DNA of 64,000 bases from the NCBI GenBank assembly GCA_963796275.1, contig CAWCKY010000006.1, forward strand, positions 576,001 to 640,000, given 5' to 3'. Position 1 is the first letter of the stretch. Each line of letters opens with the position of its first letter. Below, one piece after another: positions 19,643-31,748 of this stretch. The translations under genes were made by a program, and so were the position numbers. Source of the stretch: an uncultured Acidobacteriota bacterium. GTDB lineage: Bacteria > Acidobacteriota > Blastocatellia > RBC074. The notes under the pieces are model-generated. The model did no database searches. It saw nothing but the letters and a program-made list of their open reading frames with translations, and was not told the DNA's origin.

Positions 19643-20542
19643 TCATTTTTCATCGATACCGAGTTCATCTAAAATCCGCGGATCATCGCGCCACTGTTCC
19701 TGTACGCGAACAAAAAGATGGAGACGAATATGACGGCCGAGCAGCTTTTCAATATCCCGGCGCGCTATCGTGCCGACTTCCTTTAACATCTGTCCGCCCC
19801 TGCCGATTATGATGGGCTTCTGCGATGGGCGTTCGACGTATATCACACAATGAATCTCTGTCGCATCTTCGAGCTCCTGCCAGCTTTCGGTCTTGACCGC
19901 GGTTGCGAAGGGGAGCTCCTCCTGAGTGCGTTCCAAAATTTTTTCGCGAACGAGTTCGGCAACAAGCTGGCGCTCGATCTGATCGGTGAATTGGTCCGCA
20001 TCGTAGAGTCGCTCGCCGGCGGGAAGGTATTCGAGCAATTTCTCGATCAGCAATTCTTGATTGAAGCCGCTGCGCGCCGAAATGGGGATAATCTCAGCGA
20101 ACTCATGCTCTTTGGCATACTGATCTATCAGCGGCAGCAGATGCGATTTGTCTTTGAGTAGATCGATTTTATTGAGAAGCAGGAAAGTCGTTTTCGCCGC
20201 CCGCTTGACGAGATCGAGCGTGAAGCTATCTCCCGTGCCTGAAGTTGTTGACGCATCGCGCATGAGCAGGACGACGTCGACTTGCCCCAGCGCCGCGACA
20301 ACAAGCCCCATCATCCGCCGGTTGAGCATATAACCTGGTTTATGTATGCCCGGCGTGTCGACGAAGATGATCTGGCTATCGGGTCGCGTGAGGATGCCCT
20401 GGATATGTGTCCGCGTGGTTTGCGGCTTGGAGGAGACGGCAGCGATATGCTCGCCCGCGAGCGCATTGAGAAGCGTCGATTTGCCTGCATTCGGACGCCC
20501 GATGAGCGCAGCAAAACCAGATTTGTATGGTGCAGTATTCAT
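19643..20542 (-). CDS. era: GTPase Era
   Basis: GRPNAGKST, DTPG, NKID and KH-domain motifs; ATG 20542 (MNTAPYKSG) preferred. Confidence 0.95.
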   Translation of the reverse strand: MNTAPYKSGFAALIGRPNAGKSTLLNALAGEHIAAVSSKPQTTRTHIQGILTRPDSQIIFVDTPGIHKPGYMLNRRMMGLVVAALGQVDVVLLMRDASTTSGTGDSFTLDLVKRAAKTTFLLLNKIDLLKDKSHLLPLIDQYAKEHEFAEIIPISARSGFNQELLIEKLLEYLPAGERLYDADQFTDQIERQLVAELVREKILERTQEELPFATAVKTESWQELEDATEIHCVIYVERPSQKPIIIGRGGQMLKEVGTIARRDIEKLLGRHIRLHLFVRVQEQWRDDPRILDELGIDEK

Positions 20543-20644
20543 TTGGTATGGGGGAGTTGGGAGGTGCGGTACGAGAACAGCGAGGTGACGATGGGACAAG
20601 TGAGGAAATCCCGAAAACCTTGCCTCCTCATCTCACTTCGCAAT

Positions 20645-22003
20645 TCAAATAACCTCATGCTTGCTATTCTTTTTGTTCTCTCCGCGGGCGGCGGCGGAGG
20701 CCTTAGCCGGTTTGATTTCATCGCCCGGCATCGGCTGAGCGATTTTCTGAACCCTCACGCGTGAGACGCGCCGCTCATCGGCTTCGATCACTTCGAATTT
20801 CAGTCCCTTGAACTCGATGCTTTCGCCGGCGCTGGGTAAGTGGCCGAGTTGATTGAGCACCAGTCCCGCGACGGTGGTGAAGTCATCGGCCGCCAACTCT
20901 ACATCGAACCGGCGTTCGATCTTGCCGACTTCGACCTGGCCGCGGACGACGCTCGAATCCTGGCTCTCGTCAATCATATCCGCATCGGTCTCATGCGGTT
21001 CAGGCTCATCCTCATCTTCGATCTCGCCGACTATCTCCTCGATCAGGTCTTCTATCGTGACGAGGCCCGCCAATCCGCCGTATTCATCGATCACGATCGC
21101 CATCGGAGTTTTTGCTTTCTGCATCTCGGGTAAGAGTTCGTCGATCGGTTTCGTTTCTGGTATGAAATATGTGGCGCGCGCGATCTCGACGGCCTTACGA
21201 TTGGCGCTGCCGCTCTGCCAGTATTTTATCAGGTCTCTGACATAGATCACGCCTTCGATGTTATCAAGCGTATCGCGGTAAACCGGCAGGCGCGAATACT
21301 TCGATTCGATCATCAGATCACGCACCTGTTCGAGTAAGGTGTTGGCTTCGACCGCGACGATATGGGTGCGCGGACTCATGACCTCGCCCGCCGTGCGGTC
21401 GCCGAAGCGGATGATCGATTGGATCATCTCTCCTTCATTCTCTTCGATGATGCCTTCCTCCTCCCCCACGTCGAGAAGAGCTTGAATCTCGCTCGCGTCA
21501 TCGTCGTCATCATCTTTATCTTCGCTCTCGACCTTCGGATCGGGCTCGCGCTGCAATCCGCGCAGCGAGCGATAGATCGGATGTGCGATCGCCCCGAGAG
21601 CCGGCCACAGCAGCCGAAGCGGAATACGCAACCTGAGCAGGGTGCGCGTCGGATCGTTCTGCGTGATGATCAGCGGCAATATTTGGCGAAATACGATGAC
21701 CGTCAGGATCATTCCGCCGAATGCGATACCTAGAAAATGTTGCGGATAGAGTTTATGCGCAATCGAGCTGAACAGGATCGCGATGGAGGCGATTGAGAGG
21801 TGAATCCCGAAGGTGAGCGTAAAACTCAACTGGTGATGATGATCCAGGATCGCGCGCCAGAACCTGGCATCAGGAGAGTCCTCTTTCTCACTCGCGAGCA
21901 GTCGCAGAGAAACATCGCTCAATTCATCAAGAGCACTTTTGGCTGTAGCCACAACGACCAGCACCAGAACGACGATGCTGGTCAAAGCTATTTCAGTTTC
22001 CAT
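20645..22003 (-). CDS. HlyC/CorC-family CBS-domain membrane protein
   Basis: N-terminal TM region, YSRLPVY and DEYGG..GLVTIEDLIEEIVGEI motifs, CorC C-domain. Confidence 0.92.
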   Translation of the reverse strand: METEIALTSIVVLVLVVVATAKSALDELSDVSLRLLASEKEDSPDARFWRAILDHHHQLSFTLTFGIHLSIASIAILFSSIAHKLYPQHFLGIAFGGMILTVIVFRQILPLIITQNDPTRTLLRLRIPLRLLWPALGAIAHPIYRSLRGLQREPDPKVESEDKDDDDDDASEIQALLDVGEEEGIIEENEGEMIQSIIRFGDRTAGEVMSPRTHIVAVEANTLLEQVRDLMIESKYSRLPVYRDTLDNIEGVIYVRDLIKYWQSGSANRKAVEIARATYFIPETKPIDELLPEMQKAKTPMAIVIDEYGGLAGLVTIEDLIEEIVGEIEDEDEPEPHETDADMIDESQDSSVVRGQVEVGKIERRFDVELAADDFTTVAGLVLNQLGHLPSAGESIEFKGLKFEVIEADERRVSRVRVQKIAQPMPGDEIKPAKASAAARGENKKNSKHEVI

Positions 22004-22012
22004 TTTATATTG

Positions 22013-22153
22013 GGTTTCAGTTGTCGATTGTCGGCACCAGATGTCGGGTTGTCGGTTGCCTACTACGAATTCCCCACGAATAATGCATCAGATTTCGTGT
22101 CTGATGTCAGGGAACTCTAACCCGATAACCGCCTTCCGGCTCCCGACAACCGG
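22013..22153. repeat. Degenerate inverted heptamer array (TTGTCGG / CCGACAA type)
   Basis: ttgtcga ttgtcgg...atgtcgg gttgtcgg facing ccgataa ccgcctt ccggctc ccgacaa ccgg. Confidence 0.65.
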
Positions 22154-22155
22154 TT

Positions 22156-22665
22156 TTATTGAAGCAATTCTTTCCTCAATTTCCGCTCAAGCCTCTCCAT
22201 TTGACCGTCATCTGTTTCGTGATCGTAACCCGCGAGATGAAGCGCGCCGTGGATGACCAGATGTTCAATTTCGCGACTGAAAGTAAGTCCCAGTTCGCTT
22301 GCATAAGCCGCCGCAGTCTCTACGGAGATCACGACATCGCCTAGATGAGTTTCCGCCGCCGGCTCCGAAAATTCGCATTCCTCGTGATAGGCGAATGAAA
22401 GGACATCGGTCGGTTTATCGATTGCGCGATATTCACGGTTCAATTCTCGCATTAAGCGATCGCGAATGAAAACGACGGTCAGAGTCGCGTCCGCGCGTCC
22501 GGCGCGATCAAGCGCGGCCCGCGATAATCGCGCGACAGCCTCGCGATCCAAGCGATACAACCTTTGCCGGTTGATGACCTCGATCGCGCTCCGCTGCGCC
22601 GGCCCCTCGCTTTCCTTGATTGGGCCGGTCGCGCTAGAGGCTGATCTTGCGATTGTGTTCATCAT
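22156..22665 (-). CDS. ybeY: rRNA maturation endoribonuclease
   Basis: [22 protein letters not shown] and [11 protein letters not shown] motifs; start uncertain. Confidence 0.95.
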   Translation of the reverse strand: MMNTIARSASSATGPIKESEGPAQRSAIEVINRQRLYRLDREAVARLSRAALDRAGRADATLTVVFIRDRLMRELNREYRAIDKPTDVLSFAYHEECEFSEPAAETHLGDVVISVETAAAYASELGLTFSREIEHLVIHGALHLAGYDHETDDGQMERLERKLRKELLQ

Positions 22666-23596
22666 AAGCCTTGACGATCATCTGGACGAGATGGTGACGA
22701 ACCACGTCCCGTTCGTCGAAATGGATGAAGACGATTCCATCTATTCCGTTGACTACGCGCTGAGCCTCAACGAGGCCCGACTTCCGCCCCGAGGGCAGGT
22801 CTATTTGCGTAACGTCTCCCGTAATCACGGCTTTTGAACCGAAGCCGATCCGAGTCAGGAACATCTTCATCTGTTCTGAAGTGGTATTCTGCGCTTCGTC
22901 AAGAATGATGAAGGCATCGGAGAGCGTACGGCCCCTCATGAAAGCCAGAGGCGCGACTTCGATCACGCGTTTCTCCAGAAATTTCGTAACGCGCTCGTAA
23001 TCGAGCAGATCGAACAACGCGTCATAAAGCGGCCGCAGGTAAGGGTCGACCTTGTCCTGCAGGTCGCCCGGCAAGAATCCCAGTTTCTCTCCGGCCTCAA
23101 CCGCCGGTCGCGCCAGGATGATGCGGTTGACTCGCTTTGACATCAGAAACTGCACCGCCATAGCCACGGCGAGAAATGTTTTCCCGGTGCCCGCCGGTCC
23201 TATCCCGAAGACGAGATCGCTTTTTTCAATGGCTTCGATATAGCGTTTCTGATTCTGCCCGCGCGCGGATACTTGTTTGCGGCCCGCCGGGTTAATCCGC
23301 TTCTGCTCGGTTAACAACTCGCGGAGTGTCGAAGTGCGGTCGTCGGCGATCTGTTTGAATGCATTGCGTAGATCGCCGGCTGATAACGTGCGACCTTCAT
23401 CGAATAGCTGGCCGTAGTCTTTCAGGATACGCTCGACGATCGCGACATCGGCTTCATCTCCCTCGACGATCAACTCGCCGCCTCGTCCGCCGACGCGCAC
23501 GCTCAGGAGCGACTCCAGATATTTGATATTCTGATCATACGGGCCGAATAAAGCCTCCAGCCCTCGCTCCGGCAATGTAATCTTCAAACTTCTCAT
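22634..23596 (-). CDS. phoH: PhoH-family ATPase
   Basis: [23 protein letters not shown] and DEAQN motifs. Confidence 0.95.
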   Translation of the reverse strand: MRSLKITLPERGLEALFGPYDQNIKYLESLLSVRVGGRGGELIVEGDEADVAIVERILKDYGQLFDEGRTLSAGDLRNAFKQIADDRTSTLRELLTEQKRINPAGRKQVSARGQNQKRYIEAIEKSDLVFGIGPAGTGKTFLAVAMAVQFLMSKRVNRIILARPAVEAGEKLGFLPGDLQDKVDPYLRPLYDALFDLLDYERVTKFLEKRVIEVAPLAFMRGRTLSDAFIILDEAQNTTSEQMKMFLTRIGFGSKAVITGDVTQIDLPSGRKSGLVEAQRVVNGIDGIVFIHFDERDVVRHHLVQMIVKAYDEHNRKISL

Positions 23597-23621
23597 TTGG
23601 TAATTTAAAAAACAATCTACT

Positions 23622-24789
23622 TCACGTGTTGGACCCTGTCAAAGGGATTCCCACACCGTCAGCGGTAGAGCATACATAGATTCTCCGGCGCGTATCCGGT
23701 CGATCGCTCATATGCGCATGCGACTTCGCGTTTGAACTCCTCGACCTGATCAAACCTGACCAGGTTGATGGTGCAGCCGCCGAAACCGCCGCCCGTCAGA
23801 CGCGAGCCGATGACGCCTGATACGCGGCCCGAGAGTTCAACCATCAAATCCAGCTCATCACAACTGACCTCGTAATCGTCCTTCAGGCTCAGATGCGAAT
23901 CGCGCATCAATGTCCCGAATTTATCGAGGTCGCCGGCTTCGAGAGCCCCGGCCGCCGCAGCTACGCGAAAATTCTCGCTGATCACGTGACGGCAACGGCG
24001 ATAAATTATATCGGTAAGAGAGCTTTTTTGCCTCTCCAAATCTTCCGAAGTCACATCGCGCAGAGCGACCACTCCCGGCATCCTTTCCGCCAGAAGGCGC
24101 GCTCCCGCCTCACAATCGGCGCGGCGCCGGTTGTATTCGCCGTCCGCCAGTTCGTGCTTGACCATCGTGTTGCAGATGACCAGTCGAATCCAGTCGGGGA
24201 TTCGCAGCAGGCGGTACGCGAGCGAGCGGCAATCCAGTAACAGCGCCTGTCCCTTCCGCCCGCAGCAAGAGATGAACTGATCCATAATGCCACAGCGCAT
24301 GCCGACAAACTCGCTCTCCGCGCGCTGACACAGTTTCGCCAGATCGATGTAATCGATCTCTTGGCCTGCAGTGTCGAGCAGCGCGTATCCAGTCGCCACC
24401 TCGAGGGCCGCCGAAGAGCTGAGTCCCGATCCGATCGGTAGTTCGCTGCCAACCAAGAGATTCGCGCCAGCCAAACGATGGCCGGCTCGTTCCAACATAA
24501 CGGCTACCCCCAGCACATAATCGCTCCAGTGGCGGCGGGGGCATGCTCCATCCAGATCGAACTCAACGCCGTCGGAGAGATTATCGGAATAGACCGCCAG
24601 CCGTCTGTCAGCCCGCGGACCGATAGCCACCCATGTGGAGAGATCGATCGCCACCGGCATCACGAAGCCGTCATTATAATCGGTGTGTTCGCCGATCAGG
24701 TTGACCCGTCCGGGAGCGCGGTAGATGCGGGCGTCTCCGCCATATCTGTCGTGGAACTTTCGTTTCAATTCAGAGACTGTCAGGCTCAT
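23622..24789 (-). CDS. galK: Galactokinase (1-nt frameshift near the 3' end)
   Basis: [24 protein letters not shown] and [12 protein letters not shown] motifs; the canonical tail [12 protein letters not shown] appears only after removing one A at about 23682. Confidence 0.92.
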
Positions 24790-24812
24790 CAACCTCAACG
24801 CCCCCCCCCCCA

Positions 24813-25325
24813 CTAATTATTGGACGATGTATGATCGTGAACGATCCTCCATCCGTTACTGAAGCGCCGGAAGATCAGCGTGTACAGTCCTCCGAGCTCT
24901 TTTCCATCGTTCATTTTCAGCCGCCAGCGGCCGCGCACCATGGCGGCGTTTTCAGCGAGCATCTGTACATCCAGGCCCGAGAAATCAAGATTGCCCATCT
25001 CCTTGCCTTCAGACTGATAGCTCTTACGATAACGCTCGAGGGTGGCCTCCCAGCCTGCGAGTTGACGGCCGCCCGAGAAGAAACTCAACTCCGGTGAGTT
25101 CCAATAGCCGTCCATAAATTCCTCCAGCCTGCCCTTGTTCCAGGCCGCCACCTGCGCCTCGAGCACAGCGCGGATATCTGATTCGGCAGATTGGAATTTG
25201 CTCGATTCGCCTGGTTTCCGCCCGGCAACTTGCTTTGATGCGGATTGGATGAGCGCCGCATGAGATGACAGGATTATTAATGATAATAAGCTGATTGATC
25301 TCAGTATCCGAGTTGTTCGTCTCAT
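24813..25325 (-). CDS. Secreted NTF2/SnoaL-like (DUF4440-type) protein
   Basis: Signal peptide; AWNKG.LEEFM.GY and GWRIVHDHTS motifs. Confidence 0.85.
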   Translation of the reverse strand: MRRTTRILRSISLLSLIILSSHAALIQSASKQVAGRKPGESSKFQSAESDIRAVLEAQVAAWNKGRLEEFMDGYWNSPELSFFSGGRQLAGWEATLERYRKSYQSEGKEMGNLDFSGLDVQMLAENAAMVRGRWRLKMNDGKELGGLYTLIFRRFSNGWRIVHDHTSSNN

Positions 25326-25435
25326 GATTTTGATCCATAGGTGGAAAGAGGAGGAAAATAAGCGAAAATTCCAGTGTTTTTGCTCGTTTCGCTCCTTTTT
25401 GCCTTTTTTGCTGCCATTGCTATAATTGGCGCGCT

Positions 25436-28045
25436 ATGCCAGATAATTATTTCTTCAATTCCTCCAATGAACCGGGTAACTCCCGGAGACCAGCTAAGAA
25501 AGACTCTGTTCCTCATAAGCTAACAGAGATTGCGATACGTTTGGAAGAGTTCTTCCGAAATTCCGAGCGAACAGCTCTCCTTGTGCTTGCGATGATGGCC
25601 GGCGGGTTGACCGGATTGGTGTTGGCTTATCAGGCGAGCTTCACCACGTTCGCCACCGAGGTTGATGCGCTCGCCGATCTCAGTCCACCGGAAATCACGA
25701 AAGTTTTCTCTGATGACGGCACCTTGATCGGCGAGTTGTCACTCGAGCGGCGCATCCCGATCGAGTACAAGGACATCCCTGATAGGTTGAAGGAAGCCAT
25801 CCTGGCCATCGAAGACACCAGGTTCTACGATCACATCGGCATCGATCCGATGCGCATAATCGGCGCCGCGTATCAGAATATGGTTCGCCAGCGCCGGGCG
25901 CAGGGGGCTTCAACTCTTACCCAGCAGCTGGCGCGCGAATTCTTTCTGAGCCGCGAAAAGACGTACACGCGCAAGATCAAAGAGATGATGTACGCGCTTC
26001 AGATCGAGCGCCTCTATACGAAAGAACAGATATTGACGCTCTACTGCAATCAGATTTTCCTGGGAGGCGGAGCATACGGATTCGAGGCAGCCGCTAAATA
26101 TTATTTCAGCAAGACGCTCAAGGACTTGAACCTGGAGCAGTATGCGCTGCTGGCCGCGTTGCCGAAAGGGCCTCAGCAGTTCTCGCCGATCCATCGCGCG
26201 AAAGACGCAAAAACCCGGCGCAATCTGGTTCTGCAGTCGATGGCGGACGTGGGATACATCTCGCAGGCGGATTGCAATACGGCGAAGACCAAACCTCTCG
26301 GACTCGATCTCGATGACCGGCGCGGCAAAAATGACAGCTCGCCTTATGCCTACTTTGTTGAAGAGGTCCGTCAGGAATTACAGAAGATCATGGTCGAGAA
26401 GCACGACGAGGATGCGCTGTATGTTTACCGCGCGGGTTTGAGCGTCTATACCACGATCGACGCAAAGGCGCAGGAATGGGCTGTTGATGCGGTTCGCCAG
26501 GGCGCGCGGATGCACGAACGTCGTCACGGTTGGAAGGTCAAGTTTAATAACATCTTCCTCCAGGATGGCGCAACCTTCGAAAACTATCAACACCCATCCT
26601 GGATTGCCGTTCCGGCCGCCGGGGATTCCATGACCGGTCTCATAAAAGATGTGAGCGACCGCGGGACGCTGGTCTCCTTCGGATCGTACTCCGCTATCAT
26701 CAGGACCGAAAATACGGGTATTTTGAATAGATCGCCATCCAAACTATTCAAGCGCGGTGACCTGGCACAGTTTAAAGTCGCGGGAGTCGACAAGGATAAA
26801 AAAATCCTGAACGTCACACTCGATCCTGAACCGGATGTACAGGCATCGCTCGTCCTGGTGGATGTTAAGACGGGCGAGATAAAGGCCATGGTCGGCGGAT
26901 ATAATTTTGCGACGAGCAAATTCAACCACGCGACGCAGGCGAACCGTCAAGCCGGCTCCACATTCAAGCCATTCATCTATGCGGCGGCGCTCGAACAGGG
27001 ATTGAGGCCAGACGACATCGTTGATGACTCCCCGTTCAAGGAAGGGGATTGGGAGCCGCATAATTTCGACAATACGTTTATGGGCGCGATGAGTATACGG
27101 CAGGCGCTGGCCCAGTCCCGTAACATCCCGGCCGTGCGCATACTGAAAGAGATCGGAGTCCGCGACACAGCAGAACTCGTTAAGAGAATGGGTCTGCCCA
27201 ATCCGATGGCGCCTTATTTGCCCTCGGCTCTGGGTGCGACTGAAGAGCCGCTGCTCTCTCTCGTCTCAGCTTACACCGCCTTCCCCAACCGTGGTGTGAG
27301 ATTCGAGCCATTCCGCATTCGCCGCATCGTTGATCGCAATGGGAAGGTTCTGGATCAGACGGAAACGAAATCTTGGAAGGTCCTGTCAAATTATGTTGCG
27401 GCACAGATGGTCGAGATGATGCGCGGGGTCGTGTTGAACGGAACGGCAAGAGCTGCCGTCAGTCTGGGCCACCCGCTGGCCGGGAAAACCGGCACGGTCA
27501 ATGATTATACCGACGCCTGGTTTATTGGTTATACGCCGGAAGTAGCGTGCGGCGTCTGGATAGGATATAGCGATAGTAAGCGACCACTCGGCCAGAATGA
27601 GTCGGGCTCATCCGCGGCTTTGCCGTTCTGGAATGATTTTATGGCCAAGTATCTGAAGGACAAGCCCAGAGGCAAGTTCCCGCCAATACCGGACATACCC
27701 GAAGAAATGAGGCCAATTCAGGCACAGCGCGCGCGCGAGCACGCAAAAGAGCTGGCGCGCATCGAGGCGAGGAGCGAGGAGTTTCTTCCCGGCTCTCCCG
27801 AACTCCCGGTTCTCGATCCGCTTGCCGGTAGCAGTACCACGCCCGAGAACACAGCTCCGATAACCAATAAACCCGCACCGACTCCGTCCCGGGAAGACAC
27901 TTCTCCCGCTACGAGAGTGGAGCAAAATCCGAAGCCCGTCAGGGCTTCAGTCGATGCTAAACCCGTGAAAGCGGCCGATGCGGCGCCACCGCCTCAGGGA
28001 GAGCCCCCGCGCAAGGGTAAAAAGGGGAAAGCAGAAGACCCGTGA
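25436..28045 (+). CDS. Class A penicillin-binding protein (PBP1a family)
   Basis: EDTRFYDH.GID, QGASTLTQQLA, STFK, SRN and KTG motifs; extended -10 TGcTATAAT at 25418-25426. Confidence 0.95.
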   Translation: MPDNYFFNSSNEPGNSRRPAKKDSVPHKLTEIAIRLEEFFRNSERTALLVLAMMAGGLTGLVLAYQASFTTFATEVDALADLSPPEITKVFSDDGTLIGELSLERRIPIEYKDIPDRLKEAILAIEDTRFYDHIGIDPMRIIGAAYQNMVRQRRAQGASTLTQQLAREFFLSREKTYTRKIKEMMYALQIERLYTKEQILTLYCNQIFLGGGAYGFEAAAKYYFSKTLKDLNLEQYALLAALPKGPQQFSPIHRAKDAKTRRNLVLQSMADVGYISQADCNTAKTKPLGLDLDDRRGKNDSSPYAYFVEEVRQELQKIMVEKHDEDALYVYRAGLSVYTTIDAKAQEWAVDAVRQGARMHERRHGWKVKFNNIFLQDGATFENYQHPSWIAVPAAGDSMTGLIKDVSDRGTLVSFGSYSAIIRTENTGILNRSPSKLFKRGDLAQFKVAGVDKDKKILNVTLDPEPDVQASLVLVDVKTGEIKAMVGGYNFATSKFNHATQANRQAGSTFKPFIYAAALEQGLRPDDIVDDSPFKEGDWEPHNFDNTFMGAMSIRQALAQSRNIPAVRILKEIGVRDTAELVKRMGLPNPMAPYLPSALGATEEPLLSLVSAYTAFPNRGVRFEPFRIRRIVDRNGKVLDQTETKSWKVLSNYVAAQMVEMMRGVVLNGTARAAVSLGHPLAGKTGTVNDYTDAWFIGYTPEVACGVWIGYSDSKRPLGQNESGSSAALPFWNDFMAKYLKDKPRGKFPPIPDIPEEMRPIQAQRAREHAKELARIEARSEEFLPGSPELPVLDPLAGSSTTPENTAPITNKPAPTPSREDTSPATRVEQNPKPVRASVDAKPVKAADAAPPPQGEPPRKGKKGKAEDP

Positions 28046-28232
28046 TGGAGCGGGGAAGTGGGTGAACTGAAGAGCCGCACAAATGTGTATTAGCTTTAAA
28101 TGGGCTCGTTGTGAAAGGCCGATTCACCGCGGAGGCTAAGAGGCGAGGGCAGCGCAGAATGTTAAAACTTTGCGCTCCGCTGCGTCTCAGCGATGAATTG
28201 GCTTTTCGATACGTGAGCCGCGGAGTGTCGAT

Positions 28233-29183
28233 GTGCCTTTCGATGGAACGTTAAATTTCAGCTCCGAAGATCCCAGAAAGAACTCTATTATCCGGGGTTT
28301 GAATTTTCTTCGGAGCGGCAAGGTGAGGGATATTTATGAGGTGGATGGCGATCGACTATTGATGGTCGCTTCCGATCGGATCTCCGCCTTCGATTGCGTT
28401 TTGCCCAATGCGATACCACTCAAAGGGCGCGTACTGACACAGCTCTCAAAATTCTGGTTCGATCGTTTTTCCCACATCGTCGGGAATCACCTGATCACAA
28501 CGGTATTGGGCGAGTTTCCCGCGGACCTGCTAGAAAAAATCAATTCGGCATCGATTGAAAATCTTTCGTCATTTCTGGAAGGGCGTTCGATGCTCGTCTA
28601 CCGCGCTGATGTGATCCCTTTCGAATGTGTCGTCCGCGGTTATCTGGCGGGTTCCGGGTGGAAGGAGTATCGCGAGACCGGGGCAGTCTGCGGCCATATC
28701 TTGCCTCCCGGCTTGCTCGAGTCCGAGAGACTTCCCCATCCTATCTTTACCCCCGCTACCAAGGCCGAAGAAGGACACGATATCAATATACCTATTTCAG
28801 AGATGGCTCGTTCCCTCGGCGATAATCTGACTAACGAGCTTGAGGCCGTCAGCTTGAAGCTCTATGGGGAAGCCGCAACTTACGCCGAGTCGCGCGGTAT
28901 TATTATCTGTGATACGAAATTCGAGTTCGGTTTGAGAGACGGTAAATTGATATTGGTCGATGAGGCGCTGACACCCGATTCATCCCGCTTCTGGCCGCGC
29001 GAAGCCTACGCCCCCGGCAAATCCGTTTTATCATTCGACAAGCAGTTCGTGCGCGATTACCTCGAGACCCTCGACTGGGATAAACGCCCCCCTGCACCTT
29101 CGCTCCCACCTGATGTCGTAAAAGCAACCAGCTCCAAATATGTCGATGCCTTCCGCTTGATTACCGGTCAATCGCATCTTTAA
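28233..29183 (+). CDS. purC: SAICAR synthetase
   Basis: GKVRDIY, SDRISAFD, DTKFEFG and DEALTPDSSRFW motifs. Confidence 0.97.
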   Translation: MPFDGTLNFSSEDPRKNSIIRGLNFLRSGKVRDIYEVDGDRLLMVASDRISAFDCVLPNAIPLKGRVLTQLSKFWFDRFSHIVGNHLITTVLGEFPADLLEKINSASIENLSSFLEGRSMLVYRADVIPFECVVRGYLAGSGWKEYRETGAVCGHILPPGLLESERLPHPIFTPATKAEEGHDINIPISEMARSLGDNLTNELEAVSLKLYGEAATYAESRGIIICDTKFEFGLRDGKLILVDEALTPDSSRFWPREAYAPGKSVLSFDKQFVRDYLETLDWDKRPPAPSLPPDVVKATSSKYVDAFRLITGQSHL

Positions 29184-29186
29184 TCA

Positions 29187-29215
29187 TTGACAGCCGTTTC
29201 CCTGATAAATATACT
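29187..29215 (+). promoter_or_regulatory. Sigma70 promoter of groESL
   Basis: TTGACA-N17-TATACT. Confidence 0.85.
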
Positions 29216-29241
29216 TAGCACTCCTTCGCAGGGAGTGCTAA
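29215..29241. promoter_or_regulatory. CIRCE (HrcA operator)
   Basis: Perfect TTAGCACTC-N9-GAGTGCTAA. Confidence 0.97.
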
Positions 29242-29314
29242 CAACCCCTCAAACCCCGTTAATTCTCAATCTGATACGGGTTTAATATGGGTTTAATTAT
29301 ATCTATGCAAAAAA

Positions 29315-29335
29315 CTTGAGTATCACCTACTCAAG
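29315..29335. promoter_or_regulatory. HAIR (HspR-associated inverted repeat)
   Basis: Perfect CTTGAGT-N7-ACTCAAG. Confidence 0.8.
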
Positions 29336-29393
29336 CTCCTTGTGACGGGAGGCAAAGCATCAATACCATCTAAAAATGTGAAAGGAGAATTAT

Positions 29394-31375
<1,982 letters not shown>

Positions 31376-31397
31376 ATTTGATCGGTGAGTGAACTAT

Positions 31398-31438
31398 GGC
31401 GATGGCGTCTGATGAAGGCGCCATCGCCCTATTTTTTT
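31398..31438 (+). terminator. Intrinsic terminator after groEL
   Basis: ggcgatggcg...cgccatcgcc stem followed by T7. Confidence 0.85.
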
Positions 31439-31569
31439 ATGGGGCGCGGTTTATCTGGAGTCAACCGGTATTTCACTTAAGTCTATGCGCCCCCCACATT
31501 TCAATTCACTTTAATTGTGATACTGCAGTTTTCAGATGAGTATGCAGGGTTGAAGATTGCAAAGCCTTT

Positions 31570-31748
31570 GGAGTGGGGTTGCTTGCTTGCAACCGCTTTG
31601 TTAGTCCTTCCGTGATCCGGGATTTTCGCTGAAATTCACCCCATGGCCCTCCACAACGACCGTTATTTGAGGAATTGCTCAGTTGTCTCATAGGCAACGA
31701 GTGAAGCAATTGACTACCAAAGCGGTTGCAAGCAAGCAACAGCACTCC
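31570..31748. repeat. Long inverted repeat (29-bp arms, one mismatch) in ORF-free region
   Basis: 31578-31606 gttgcttgcttgcaaccgctttgttagtc vs 31712-31740 gactaccaaagcggttgcaagcaagcaac; outer ggagtg/cactcc. Confidence 0.85.
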
